Part shown: in pieces, positions 49,184-57,382 of the stretch | How positions within the stretch are numbered: position 1 is the stretch's first letter | How the letters are laid out: every line of letters starts with the position of its first letter | DNA from: a virus | Direction: 5' to 3' (one strand) | DNA length: 64,000 nucleotides | IMG/VR virus record: IMGVR_UViG_3300036851_000497 | Location: 2,558-66,557 of that record | Program-made: the position numbers and the translations under genes | Notes under the pieces: model-generated | What the model saw: only the letters and a program-made list of their open reading frames with translations | Told to the model about the DNA's origin: nothing | Database searches by the model: none

Positions 49184-49815
49184 CTGGATGACTCCTTTTG
49201 CCCTTTCTCCCATGCCTTGCGTAAATCATCGAAGTTGAGTCCCTTAGCGATAATCAAAGCCACTACCTCGCGCAATAGTTCGGACGGTTTGAGGCGCATG
49301 TAAATCGCATGCGCCCCAATTACCGCTTTCTTTGGTGAAACCACTGGTTTCACCGGTGTCTTCTTTACCCGCAACCGCTTTACCTGCTCTCTGGTCATCA
49401 GCGGATGAATTTTTTCCTTTGCGGCGGCAAGTTCATCATTGCTCAATAGCGATAGCTCATACAGGGTTCCCCAGTGAGGTGGTAGTTCTTTTGGTGAGAA
49501 TGCATTCTCACCAGTGCCATGTAGCGAGAAACGGTGATACACCTTGATGAGCCGATCTGCGGTATCACTCCCGAATGGGAATGCGTTATCGGCGACTTTG
49601 GTGCGACCAGTGGTCTCACCAAAGGCCGCAAGCCACTTGTGTTCATCCGATTGAAGCACGATCTTAAGGCCGTTCAAGCGCGAACCCATCTCGATCCATG
49701 CTTGCGCCGTCTGGTTTACGAGCCGCCAACATAAGTCGGCCGTTTTTTTGATGGTGATGTGCTCTGGCTCTGGTGCTGCGAATTGCACGACGACGCCTGC
49801 TGACTTCCGATTCAT
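49180..49815 (-). CDS. DUF3102-like protein
   Basis: WIEMGSRL..LK, FPFGSDTADRLIK, LPPHWGTLYELS; GGAGG SD before ATG 49815. Confidence 0.65.
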   Translation of the reverse strand: MNRKSAGVVVQFAAPEPEHITIKKTADLCWRLVNQTAQAWIEMGSRLNGLKIVLQSDEHKWLAAFGETTGRTKVADNAFPFGSDTADRLIKVYHRFSLHGTGENAFSPKELPPHWGTLYELSLLSNDELAAAKEKIHPLMTREQVKRLRVKKTPVKPVVSPKKAVIGAHAIYMRLKPSELLREVVALIIAKGLNFDDLRKAWEKGQKESSR

Positions 49816-49879
49816 ACCGAACCTCCGTACCCTCGTTGTCCTTCTAACCCTTCGATCAAGTAGGAATTCCGGCTTGGTA

Positions 49880-50077
49880 TCATTCTCTGCGACTCGCATC
49901 TTCGAGATGATGCTGCCATGCTAGAAGTGCCTCATGAGGTATTGGTCTTTTGCGACCGAATTTGAAGGACCGAAGGCGACCAGAAGTGATTTCTTCGTAA
50001 AGCTTCGTTATGCCGACATTGGCCAGCTTGCTGGCCTGCGCGACCGTGTGATTTAGGCGCATGGATTGATCACTCAT
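49880..50077 (-). CDS. excisionase-like HTH DNA-binding protein
   Basis: TVAQASKLANVGITKLYEEITSGRLRSFKFGRK. Confidence 0.78.
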   Translation of the reverse strand: MSDQSMRLNHTVAQASKLANVGITKLYEEITSGRLRSFKFGRKRPIPHEALLAWQHHLEDASRRE

Positions 50078-50279
50078 AGAATTTAGGCAAGCACCGGCGC
50101 CACGCGAAAGAACAGAAGAAAAGCGAGCAATCCGACGATGCCTATCGCGCCGATTAGCCAATCCCACCAATTGCGCTCTTGCTTCCAGGCGAGTCTGCGG
50201 AAGCGTTCTGGTTCGCCGCGCGGGAAAGTGTAGTGCTCCGCGTTTGCGTTCAGAATGTAGTAGCGGCCGATTTCGGGTT

Positions 50280-50459
50280 TCATTGAGTTTCCTTTATTTG
50301 ATTTACGAAATTGGCATATTTATTCAGCGCTCCCAACACATCCGGCTCAAGAATGATTGTATTCGTTGGTCCGTAGCCGTTATCAGTGGTCAGCATGATG
50401 GCGTAACCATCAAATTCGGCGTAGACGCTATCACCGAGATATTGTTTGTTCACAAACAT
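50280..50459 (-). CDS. small hypothetical protein (below ORF-track cutoff)
   Basis: Manual translation MFVNKQYLGDSVYAEFDG...IILEPDVL. Confidence 0.55.
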   Translation of the reverse strand: MFVNKQYLGDSVYAEFDGYAIMLTTDNGYGPTNTIILEPDVLGALNKYANFVNQIKETQ

Positions 50460-50714
50460 GTCCTGCTCATCGAAGCCCGCTCAATCTGTTTGAGGTCGAG
50501 TTCGCGTACGAGCTCGCGCAGCATTTTGTTTTCCTCGGTCAATTCTTCGAGCGAATCCACAATCGCCTGCGCTTCGTCGGCAGTGAAAAAGATTCCGTAC
50601 TCTTGGCCTTCTACTCTGGCTTCCATGGCATCGGCTCTGCAGCCACCGAGAAACAGCAGCATTACGATAAGCAGCGCTACAGTTGCAGCGATCAGCTTCT
50701 CAAGCAGAGTATTT

Positions 50715-50939
50715 TCATGCGGGGTCATGAAGGCCATTTGCATCGCACCGACCAATGCATACTTCAAAGCCGCCACGACCGCGACAGATGTCGCACCGCA
50801 GGTTATCCTCGGGGTCGAGACAGCAACACGTGTCCTCGCCGCAATCGTGGCCGCTATAACCTTCGCCGCCGCAGTAATCGCATTCCTCGTAAATGACTGT
50901 GCAGCAGTGGCAGCGCTTGCAGAATTCGTGCGGGTTCAT
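50715..50939 (-). CDS. Cys-rich CxxCxGxG zinc-finger protein
   Basis: CDYCGGEG, CDICRGRG, CCC. Confidence 0.6.
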   Translation of the reverse strand: MNPHEFCKRCHCCTVIYEECDYCGGEGYSGHDCGEDTCCCLDPEDNLRCDICRGRGGFEVCIGRCDANGLHDPA

Positions 50940-51232
50940 TGCTCTTCCGCTAAAGCAGTTTCCAGAACCTTCATGACGGCGTCGTAGCCGTAGCGGTCGT
51001 TTAAACATGCCAAGCTATTTGCGTCTGGATAGAGTTGTTTCTGAATGGAGCGCAACTTTATGAAGTCTCTGGGGTTGCTTGCATATTTATCGAGAGCGCC
51101 ATGTAAGCACCAGCAAACAGCATCCGGGCTATCGAAGCTCATGGAGTAGCCTGAGTTATCTCGCGCGAATTCTCCGGTTGTCCATTTACTCTTGTCCTGG
51201 AACAGCTCGTAGACTTGACGGATGGCGCTCAT
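50936..51232 (-). CDS. hypothetical phage protein
   Basis: WTTGEFARD...CWCLHGAL...ND. Confidence 0.65.
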   Translation of the reverse strand: MSAIRQVYELFQDKSKWTTGEFARDNSGYSMSFDSPDAVCWCLHGALDKYASNPRDFIKLRSIQKQLYPDANSLACLNDRYGYDAVMKVLETALAEEQ

Positions 51233-51387
51233 TGGGCTTCCACTAGCGCGCGCAGGTCATCAATGGCCTCTTGCTCTGTCCTGCCCCATCCGTAATTCCC
51301 GCGCTCTTCTTCGCCGTCGTAGAAGGCGCACCAATCAAAGCGACGGTCAGGAATCGGCGGGTAAACTAATCTTGTGATAATTTTCAC
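51229..51387 (-). CDS. small hypothetical protein (below ORF-track cutoff)
   Basis: Manual translation ...YPPIPDRRFDWCA...GWGRTEQEAIDDL. Confidence 0.55.
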   Translation of the reverse strand: MKIITRLVYPPIPDRRFDWCAFYDGEEERGNYGWGRTEQEAIDDLRALVEAQ

Positions 51388-51462
51388 GTCACAACTTCTC
51401 AAAGTGCGAACGCCATCGCGAGCGCGAAGGTGATAAGGGCTGCGCGGAGGGCGTTGCGTGCA

Positions 51463-51843
51463 TCAATCATCGGGATCGCACTTCTCTTGATTTAGGCGTT
51501 GACGAATTGCGTAATCAAGCGCCTGAATTTGCCTTTCGCTTAACCAAGTAACGATGGCGCCGCTATCGGATTCGCGTACGCATTCAATCTCGGCGAACGC
51601 TGGCTCATCCGGCTCAAGCTGCTGCCCACCAAGTTCCCACGAGCCTTTCAAGCTTTCGTGCCAGGTGTAGATGACTTCGATTTCGATCTGCGCCAATTGG
51701 CCGGCGCACATCGTTGTGATCTCGGTGTAGTATTTCGGCAGCCGTTCCAGGCGATTCCAGCGCAGTTGATTGGCGCGCGCGATTGCGGCATCCACCGCGG
51801 CTTCCTGGGACATACTCTGGATTCTCCCCAATCGTTGTGACAT
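51463..51843 (-). CDS. first gene of leftward early operon
   Basis: Directly downstream of pL. Confidence 0.55.
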   Translation of the reverse strand: MSQRLGRIQSMSQEAAVDAAIARANQLRWNRLERLPKYYTEITTMCAGQLAQIEIEVIYTWHESLKGSWELGGQQLEPDEPAFAEIECVRESDSGAIVTWLSERQIQALDYAIRQRLNQEKCDPDD

Positions 51844-51852
51844 GATTTGGGA

Positions 51853-51895
51853 AGAGTAGCAAAATGCTATTATCTAGTCAATAGCGTTCTGCTAC
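51853..51895 (-). promoter_or_regulatory. pL promoter with two operators
   Basis: TTGACT-17 nt-TACTCT; 15-bp operators GTAGCAAAATGCTAT (51856) and ATAGCGTTCTGCTAC (51881) match those between cI and cro. Confidence 0.8.
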
Positions 51896-51901
51896 TTTCA
51901 A

Positions 51902-51924
51902 TAAAAAAACCCGCCGAAGCGGGT
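51902..51924 (-). terminator. intrinsic terminator
   Basis: acccgc-ttcg-gcgggt plus T run on the minus strand. Confidence 0.85.
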
Positions 51925-51958
51925 CTAAAAAATGGAATTTTACTAAATGGCTAGTCAA

Positions 51959-52342
51959 TCATCGACCGTGAACCGCGATGACTTTACCGTTCTGTGTATA
52001 AGCAAAACCGTACTGGGTGACGTTGTAACCAGGATAACGGTATACCCATTGCTTCGTCGCTCCGTAATTGGTGATGATTTTGTTGACTCGATCTGGGATG
52101 CCCCACGAGCATGCCAGGGCAGCTTCGCTCATGCCGACGAAGACAGTCTGTTCGTTGATCGCTTGCCATTCGCGGTCAGTGATGGCGTTGCGCCGAATCA
52201 GTTCGGCCTTGATCTCGGGGCTCGTTAAGAACGCATTGCTGTAGCGTTCGCATAAGTCAACGGAATCCGCAGTGGAGATTCGTTCTGGACTCAAGGCGCA
52301 CGAGGCGATCAAGAGTGTGGACAATAGAATGGTGCTTTTCAT
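51959..52342 (-). CDS. lipoprotein, BamE/SmpA-like; superinfection-exclusion candidate
   Basis: Lipobox IASC; VGMSE...WGIP...QWVY...NGKV. Confidence 0.65.
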   Translation of the reverse strand: MKSTILLSTLLIASCALSPERISTADSVDLCERYSNAFLTSPEIKAELIRRNAITDREWQAINEQTVFVGMSEAALACSWGIPDRVNKIITNYGATKQWVYRYPGYNVTQYGFAYTQNGKVIAVHGR

Positions 52343-52364
52343 TGATGCTTCTTGCTTGCTTTTC

Positions 52365-52550
52365 TCATCTTTCTCTCCTATTCGATCCTTGCTCCAGATA
52401 TTGCAGCGCCAGCTCCAGATGCCCAGGCAGACTATATCGCCCGCCTTCCCAGGCTTGATAGGTGCGCAGATTAACGCGCAAGCGCTCGGCCATCTCTGAC
52501 TGCGATAGCTTGAGCGCGGCACGGCGGGATTTAAGTTCGGCGGCGGTCAC
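52365..52550 (-). CDS. small XRE HTH regulator (Aca-like)
   Basis: ELKSRRAALKLSQSEMAERLRVNLRTYQAWEGG. Confidence 0.82.
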   Translation of the reverse strand: MTAAELKSRRAALKLSQSEMAERLRVNLRTYQAWEGGRYSLPGHLELALQYLEQGSNRRER

Positions 52551-52731
52551 ATTGATTTGTAAAACGTGAGATCGTCAAGGACGGCGTGAATTGCGGATGC
52601 CTCGTCGTCTTCGTTTTCGTCCCAGTTCCAGTTGTCGCGCGCTGTTTCAATGCAGCCGATGACATGAGGGGCTTTTCGGCATCACTCGAAGGAGTTACCC
52701 CATTTCCCGTGAAAATGATGGTTTGCAAGTA

Positions 52732-52935
52732 TTAGGCGACGACTAAATCAAAAGTGGCGCGTTCTTCGTCGGTCAACCGGCGGTCAATCTTGATAAGACC
52801 GTAACGGGTTTTTCCTCGCGGGAGGTCATTACGGATATGCGCGATGTCCCAAGGTGCTTCCACGAATTCCCAAGTGATCCCACGGGGAAGCGTGAACACA
52901 GAAGCGGGGCGGAGTGTTGGGCGGTATATGAACAT
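52732..52935 (-). CDS. DarA C-terminal-domain-like small protein
   Basis: Y....RP......P.G...RYG.I..DR.LTDEE...FDL pattern, as I recall for P1 DarA_C. Confidence 0.55.
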   Translation of the reverse strand: MFIYRPTLRPASVFTLPRGITWEFVEAPWDIAHIRNDLPRGKTRYGLIKIDRRLTDEERATFDLVVA

Positions 52936-52968
52936 TTCGTTTCCTTGTTTGGTTGAGTTCATAGCCTT

Positions 52969-52996
52969 ATGATACGCGATTCGCGTAGGATGTCAA
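52969..52996 (-). promoter_or_regulatory. strong promoter with internal palindrome
   Basis: TTGACA-16 nt-TATCAT containing TACGCGA-n-TCGCGTA (52973-52987). Confidence 0.8.
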
Positions 52997-53025
52997 GTGT
53001 TTCTTTGCCTTTACTCAAAGCATGT

Positions 53026-53352
53026 TTATCGCATTTCAGGTCCGGTTGGTTTTTTCTTCCTTTTTGCGCGCGCTTCTTTAAGGGCACTCTCTTTGCTTTG
53101 ACGATATTGCAGCAATAAAGCTAATTCGTCCTGAGGCAACGAGGTTTCGTCGGCCCTATCCATCCATCCACGTTGCTGCCCTATTTTTAACTCAATTTTC
53201 CTCGCTACCCTATTACCCATATTGCGGGTGCCGTTTTTAATCTGACTCAGATAGGAAGCGGCAACGCCGGTTTTATCTTCAAGCGCCTCAAATGTTTTGT
53301 ATTCCGCTCGGAGTGCGAGCAATTTCCGACGCCGGATTTCCTGAATCTCCAT
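53026..53352 (-). CDS. cI: CI-like repressor without S24 peptidase domain
   Basis: RRRKL..L...SYLSQIKNG.RNMG...ARKIE......GWMD; divergent from cro. Confidence 0.8.
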   Translation of the reverse strand: MEIQEIRRRKLLALRAEYKTFEALEDKTGVAASYLSQIKNGTRNMGNRVARKIELKIGQQRGWMDRADETSLPQDELALLLQYRQSKESALKEARAKRKKKPTGPEMR

Positions 53353-53363
53353 GAGCGCATTAC

Positions 53364-53430
53364 ATAGCAGTTTGCTATGCGTAGGAATACGCAAAGTGCT
53401 ATTGCTATCGTAATAGCGTTTTGCTACTAT
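53364..53430. promoter_or_regulatory. OR operators and pR
   Basis: ATAGCAGTTTGCTAT (53364), TACGCAAAGTGCTAT (53388), ATAGCGTTTTGCTAC (53413); TTGCTA-17 nt-TACTAT. Confidence 0.78.
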
Positions 53431-53452
53431 CCGAGTCGCTAGTATATCGTCC

Positions 53453-53659
53453 ATGGATGCAAAAACATTTTTAGAGACCTTCGGGAAGGAAGAAGCGGCC
53501 CGCGTCGCTGAACGAGCGGGGACAAATTATGCGTATTTCAGCCAAATCGCATACGGTCATCGTCGTCCCTCTGTCGATTTGGCTCACGAACTCGTTATCG
53601 CTTCTAACAAGCGAATGAGCTTTGAGCTTTTGTTGCAACCAAAAGTGCGTAGTGCATAA
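53453..53659 (+). CDS. cro: Cro-like regulator
   Basis: AERAGTNYAYFSQIAYGHRRPS; position. Confidence 0.82.
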   Translation: MDAKTFLETFGKEEAARVAERAGTNYAYFSQIAYGHRRPSVDLAHELVIASNKRMSFELLLQPKVRSA

Positions 53660-53821
53660 AAATCGCGCATTGATGTTTTTAAGTCATATGCAGAAGGCAT
53701 TTCCGTGGCGCATTTTGTTCCATGGTACGACGATAACCGGTGATTCTGGAACCTAGCAAGCCCCAAGCTTGCACACTTTTTAGGCAGCAAGGTGCTCAAA
53801 TTGTGAGCAATTGGTGAATAT

Positions 53822-54169
53822 ATGCCAAGCGAATTGGGATTATTGATTCAGCGCCAGATCGCAATTGTTGGTCATCAGGCGATCACTGACGCGCTCGGCA
53901 AAGATCGGTCCACAGTCACAAAAATGGTATCCGGTGACATCCCATTCCGTCTCAGCAATCCTGAGTGTATCGAAACATTTCTCCGTGCCTGCATGTTAAG
54001 CGTAGTCGTGGATGAGCCGGATGGGTACCGCAGGATCAATGATCGTGAATATCAAGCGCTTGTTACGTTCGCCGATAAGGGTTTTCAAGGTCTTTTGAGA
54101 TCCGAACGTCCTGATGCAGCGCCGCGCGAGGACACAACGTCTGGCGAGAGTTTTAAGGTGGTGAAGTGA
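53822..54169 (+). CDS. CII-like transcription regulator
   Basis: GHQAITDALGKDRSTVTK HTH; follows cro. Confidence 0.7.
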   Translation: MPSELGLLIQRQIAIVGHQAITDALGKDRSTVTKMVSGDIPFRLSNPECIETFLRACMLSVVVDEPDGYRRINDREYQALVTFADKGFQGLLRSERPDAAPREDTTSGESFKVVK

Positions 54170-54177
54170 AAACAATT

Positions 54178-54252
54178 AGCGGGGTAGTTCAATTGGCAGA
54201 ACGTCGGGCTCATAACTCGAAGGTCGCAAGTTCAAATCTTGCCCCGCAACCA
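54178..54252 (+). tRNA. tRNA-Met(CAT), initiator-like, atypical
   Basis: Cloverleaf with TCGGG-CTCATAA-CTCGA, GCAAG-TTCAAAT-CTTGC, 1:72 mismatch, encoded CCA; one C short at the T/acceptor junction. Confidence 0.78.
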
Positions 54253-54597
54253 AAGAAAGTGGCTTGGCCGGTCTATGCACTGGACCGGGCCGAGGGCGAT
54301 GGGCTGGTAGCAATGTGCGTAAATCCAGCCAATCGTGCTTTATCTCAAAGGAGCATCTCCCATGAGTCCACGGTTTGAATGGTATGAGCGTGATATTGAT
54401 TTCCTAGCCAAACATGATGATGGCAAGCCCGCAGTGTTGAATCCCCTACTGCCGGAAGAAGCATACAAAGATGAGCCGCAGATAGGCGTGTTCTCTGGAT
54501 TTCTATACGGCTATCTTGCTGGCACGTTTATAACTGGATTAGCGATGGCGTTGTTTATGTAACAGGAGTTGTCAACTCAAGCGCGGAGGAGACCGAC

Positions 54598-54867
54598 ATG
54601 AGCGCAACTGTAGTTTATCTGAAGCAGAAAGTACCGAACTCTGCGCGAATCCCTGACAGGATCGCAGAAGTTGCGCTGGCAGGCCGCAACCAAACGCCTG
54701 CCGTATCCACCAGCAACGTCTCCTCCTTGCCCCGCGTCATCCGTCCACACACGGAACGCGCGGTTTTTTTTGACGGGCCTGGAATTGCCTTTGCCGTCGC
54801 GAGTGCTGCTTGGATCAGCGCGTGCGTTTACCTTGCAGTGTGGGCGTTAATTGTTACAGGAAAATAA
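54598..54867 (+). CDS. small membrane protein
   Basis: GGAGG SD; C-terminal TM segment. Confidence 0.5.
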   Translation: MSATVVYLKQKVPNSARIPDRIAEVALAGRNQTPAVSTSNVSSLPRVIRPHTERAVFFDGPGIAFAVASAAWISACVYLAVWALIVTGK

Positions 54868-55073
54868 ATGCCGCTAGATATACGTAGGCCAAAAAAGTAC
54901 CGCAGGGCATGGAATGGCGGAAAGAGACCAGAGCAAAGTAAGTTAGAAAAGGCTATTGCCGAAGCTAAAGCCGAAGTTCGGGAAATGAAATTGCATGGCA
55001 ACTGCGATGATCACTTTGAAGCGGTCGCTCGATTAGTCAGGTTAGAGCATGAAGCGTTTATTGTGGCGGGGCG

Positions 55074-55337
55074 ATGACCAAAGCCAAGCAACCCATCTCG
55101 CGCTTACGCGCAGCGCTCATCATGGCGAACGCCTTCGGCAGCATGGGCGCACTCGCGAACACGGCGCTCGATGGCTTCAAGGTTCGTGAACGCGGGAAGG
55201 GGCGCAAGAGCGGAATGCAGAAGTCGCATTTCTCAGCGCACGTGCACAACGGTTCGGGTAAGTACATGCCGCACCAGGGGGCTAAGGAAAGCGCGAGGCG
55301 TTACAAACAAATGAAAGGACATGGCAATGGACATTAA
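55074..55337 (+). CDS. basic hypothetical protein
   Basis: KYMPHQGAKESARR. Confidence 0.55.
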   Translation: MTKAKQPISRLRAALIMANAFGSMGALANTALDGFKVRERGKGRKSGMQKSHFSAHVHNGSGKYMPHQGAKESARRYKQMKGHGNGH

Positions 55338-55533
55338 GGGCTATCGGCAGTTGTCCCCGAATGAGATCGTGGACATCAACGACGTGAAAGCGCAGGCCGA
55401 TAAGGTTGAGAATCTTATGAAGTACCTGGAGCAGCTTGAGTACGATTCGCGCTGGCTCGCGATTGGTAAGACGCACTTGCAACAAGGGTTCATGGCGCTG
55501 GTCCGCGCGATTGCTAGGCCGGAGTCGTTTTAG
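55321..55533 (+). CDS. acb2: anti-CBASS cyclic-oligonucleotide sponge Acb2 / Vs.4 homologue
   Basis: IKGYRQLS..EI...N.VK...RWLAIGKTHLQQGFMALVRAIARPESF closely follows Acb2 motifs. Confidence 0.88.
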   Translation: MAMDIKGYRQLSPNEIVDINDVKAQADKVENLMKYLEQLEYDSRWLAIGKTHLQQGFMALVRAIARPESF

Positions 55534-55778
55534 ATGGAATGTGAACGAGTGTCCGCAGTCCGCTTGCGTATTCCTGGTGGAGATCTCTTGGATCAATACA
55601 TTTTCGTGGACGAGAAACATGCTACGGAATGGTTGAAACAAAGGTTTGTTAACGACGAAGAGTATTTCGTTGAGCTAGGCAGTGTGGAAAAGACACCGTG
55701 CTGCGGAAGGCGACTGAACTTTCAAGTTAGTCAGAGCATGAAGCCATCCGAATACTTACGGATAAAGCGGGAATGGGT

Positions 55779-57152
55779 ATGAATTATCTCTCGCTCTTCT
55801 CGGGAATCGAGGCCGCTACCGTCGCTTGGAAGCCATTCAGATGGCATGCAGTCGCATTTTCCGAAATCGAGAAATTCCCTTGTGCGCTACTCAAACATCA
55901 TTACCCGGACACACCCAATTACGGCGATGTGACGGAGTTCGCAAAATGGCCAGATCATGACGCAATTGACCTTATCGTTGGCGGCTCCCCATGCCAATCC
56001 TTCAGTGTCGCCGGACTTCGGCGCGGGCTGGATGATCCGCGTGGCAACCTCACGCTCACCTATCTTGCAGTTGTTGAGCGATATAAGCCCTGCTGGGTGG
56101 TATGGGAAAACGTGCCCGGAGTTTTGTCTGACGACCGAGGACGGACTTTTGGAGCCTTTCTCGGAATCTTGGGGCAACTCGGGTATGGGTTCGCCTACCG
56201 AGTTCTTGACGCTCAATTCTTCGGAGTTCCCCAACGGCGGCGCCGCGTGTTCGTTGTCGGCCATCTTGGAGACTGGCGATGTGTTGCAGCGGTACTTTTT
56301 GAGCGCGAAAGCCTGTCGTGGAATCCTGCGCCGAGCAGAGAAGCGCGGGAAGATATTGCCCCAACAATTAGCGCGCGCACTCAAGGCGGCGGCGGACTCG
56401 GAACCGACTTCGACTGCGATGGTGGATTAGTGGCTGACACTGTTCGGAGTCATCCGCGTCCCGGCTCAAACTCAGTAGGTCTCATAACTGGCGCTATCAG
56501 CAGCAAGTGGTCGAAGGGCACAGGCGGTCCCGCAGGAGATGAATGCTACAACTTGGTTACGCATGCATTACTGGCTGATGGATTCGATGCGGGCGAGGAT
56601 GGGACGGGGCGGGGAACACCATTGGTCGCCTCATTTCATCCCAACGATCCGGGCAAACACAACGACGCGAATACAGCACCTGCATTGCGCGCCGGACACA
56701 ACGGCGGTTGTTATGGCAGTAGGGCAGCAATCGCCTTCTCCTGCAAAGACCACGGCGCGGATATGAGCGAAATCGCCCCGAGTCTGCGCGCGATGGGGCA
56801 CGATGGAAGCCATGCGAATGCTGGCGGGCAGGTGGCGATCGCATTTCACGAAAATCAGCGCGCTGAAGTTACCTTGAACGATACAGCCGGTTGTCTCAAG
56901 GTCGGCGGTGGCAAGCCTGGTCAGGGGTATCCGGCAGTTGCGCACGGCATATCGGTACGCCGACTCACGCCCGTCGAGTGTGAAAGATTGATGGGCCTGC
57001 CGGATAACTACACGCTGATTCCCTATCGCGGCAAGCCAGCTGCAGATGGACCGCGTTACAAAGCGCTCGGCAATTCTTTCGCCGTTCCTGTGGTGCGGTG
57101 GATCGGCGAACGCATTCAGTTTGTTGATTCAATCGTGAGAAAGGCGGCATGA
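55779..57152 (+). CDS. C5-cytosine DNA methyltransferase
   Basis: LSLFSGI, GGSPCQSFS, WENVPG, PQRRRR, RRLTPVECERL, LGNS. Confidence 0.95.
   Translation: MNYLSLFSGIEAATVAWKPFRWHAVAFSEIEKFPCALLKHHYPDTPNYGDVTEFAKWPDHDAIDLIVGGSPCQSFSVAGLRRGLDDPRGNLTLTYLAVVERYKPCWVVWENVPGVLSDDRGRTFGAFLGILGQLGYGFAYRVLDAQFFGVPQRRRRVFVVGHLGDWRCVAAVLFERESLSWNPAPSREAREDIAPTISARTQGGGGLGTDFDCDGGLVADTVRSHPRPGSNSVGLITGAISSKWSKGTGGPAGDECYNLVTHALLADGFDAGEDGTGRGTPLVASFHPNDPGKHNDANTAPALRAGHNGGCYGSRAAIAFSCKDHGADMSEIAPSLRAMGHDGSHANAGGQVAIAFHENQRAEVTLNDTAGCLKVGGGKPGQGYPAVAHGISVRRLTPVECERLMGLPDNYTLIPYRGKPAADGPRYKALGNSFAVPVVRWIGERIQFVDSIVRKAA
55957..56430 (+). CDS. nested alternative-frame beta polypeptide (M.EcoHK31I-like)
   Basis: SLSAILETGDVLQRYFLSAKACRGILRRAEKRGKILP..L..AL, nested in the +1 frame of the MTase. 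Confidence 0.7.
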   Translation: MTQLTLSLAAPHANPSVSPDFGAGWMIRVATSRSPILQLLSDISPAGWYGKTCPEFCLTTEDGLLEPFSESWGNSGMGSPTEFLTLNSSEFPNGGAACSLSAILETGDVLQRYFLSAKACRGILRRAEKRGKILPQQLARALKAAADSEPTSTAMVD

Positions 57153-57382
57153 AGCAGCTCGATACAGTGAAGTGCCAGCACTGCGATGGCACTGGACGAG
57201 CGCTTGACCACAAGAGAGTCGGCTTAACTATGCGGGAACTGCGCATCACAAGCGGATTAAGCGGCAGAGAAGTGGCGCGCAGACTCAATATAACTGCAGG
57301 CCATCTTTCTCGGTTGGAACGCGGCCATAAAAAGTGGTACGCAGATACGATAACCGCATTCAAGAGAGTGTGTTCAGCATGA
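57149..57382 (+). CDS. XRE HTH protein with N-terminal CxxCxGxG
   Basis: GLSGREVARRLNITAGHLSRLERG. Confidence 0.75.
   Translation: MKQLDTVKCQHCDGTGRALDHKRVGLTMRELRITSGLSGREVARRLNITAGHLSRLERGHKKWYADTITAFKRVCSA

Noticed and set aside
52670-52705. Hammerhead-like TGATG..GAAA motif
   Set aside because: The CUGAUGA core and required stems are incomplete.
53353-53454. Extended N-terminus of cI in the ORF track
   Set aside because: It would span the operators and promoters; the likely start is ATG at 53352.
54166-54378. 70-aa ORF after cII
   Set aside because: Overlaps the tRNA; the translation is a tRNA shadow.
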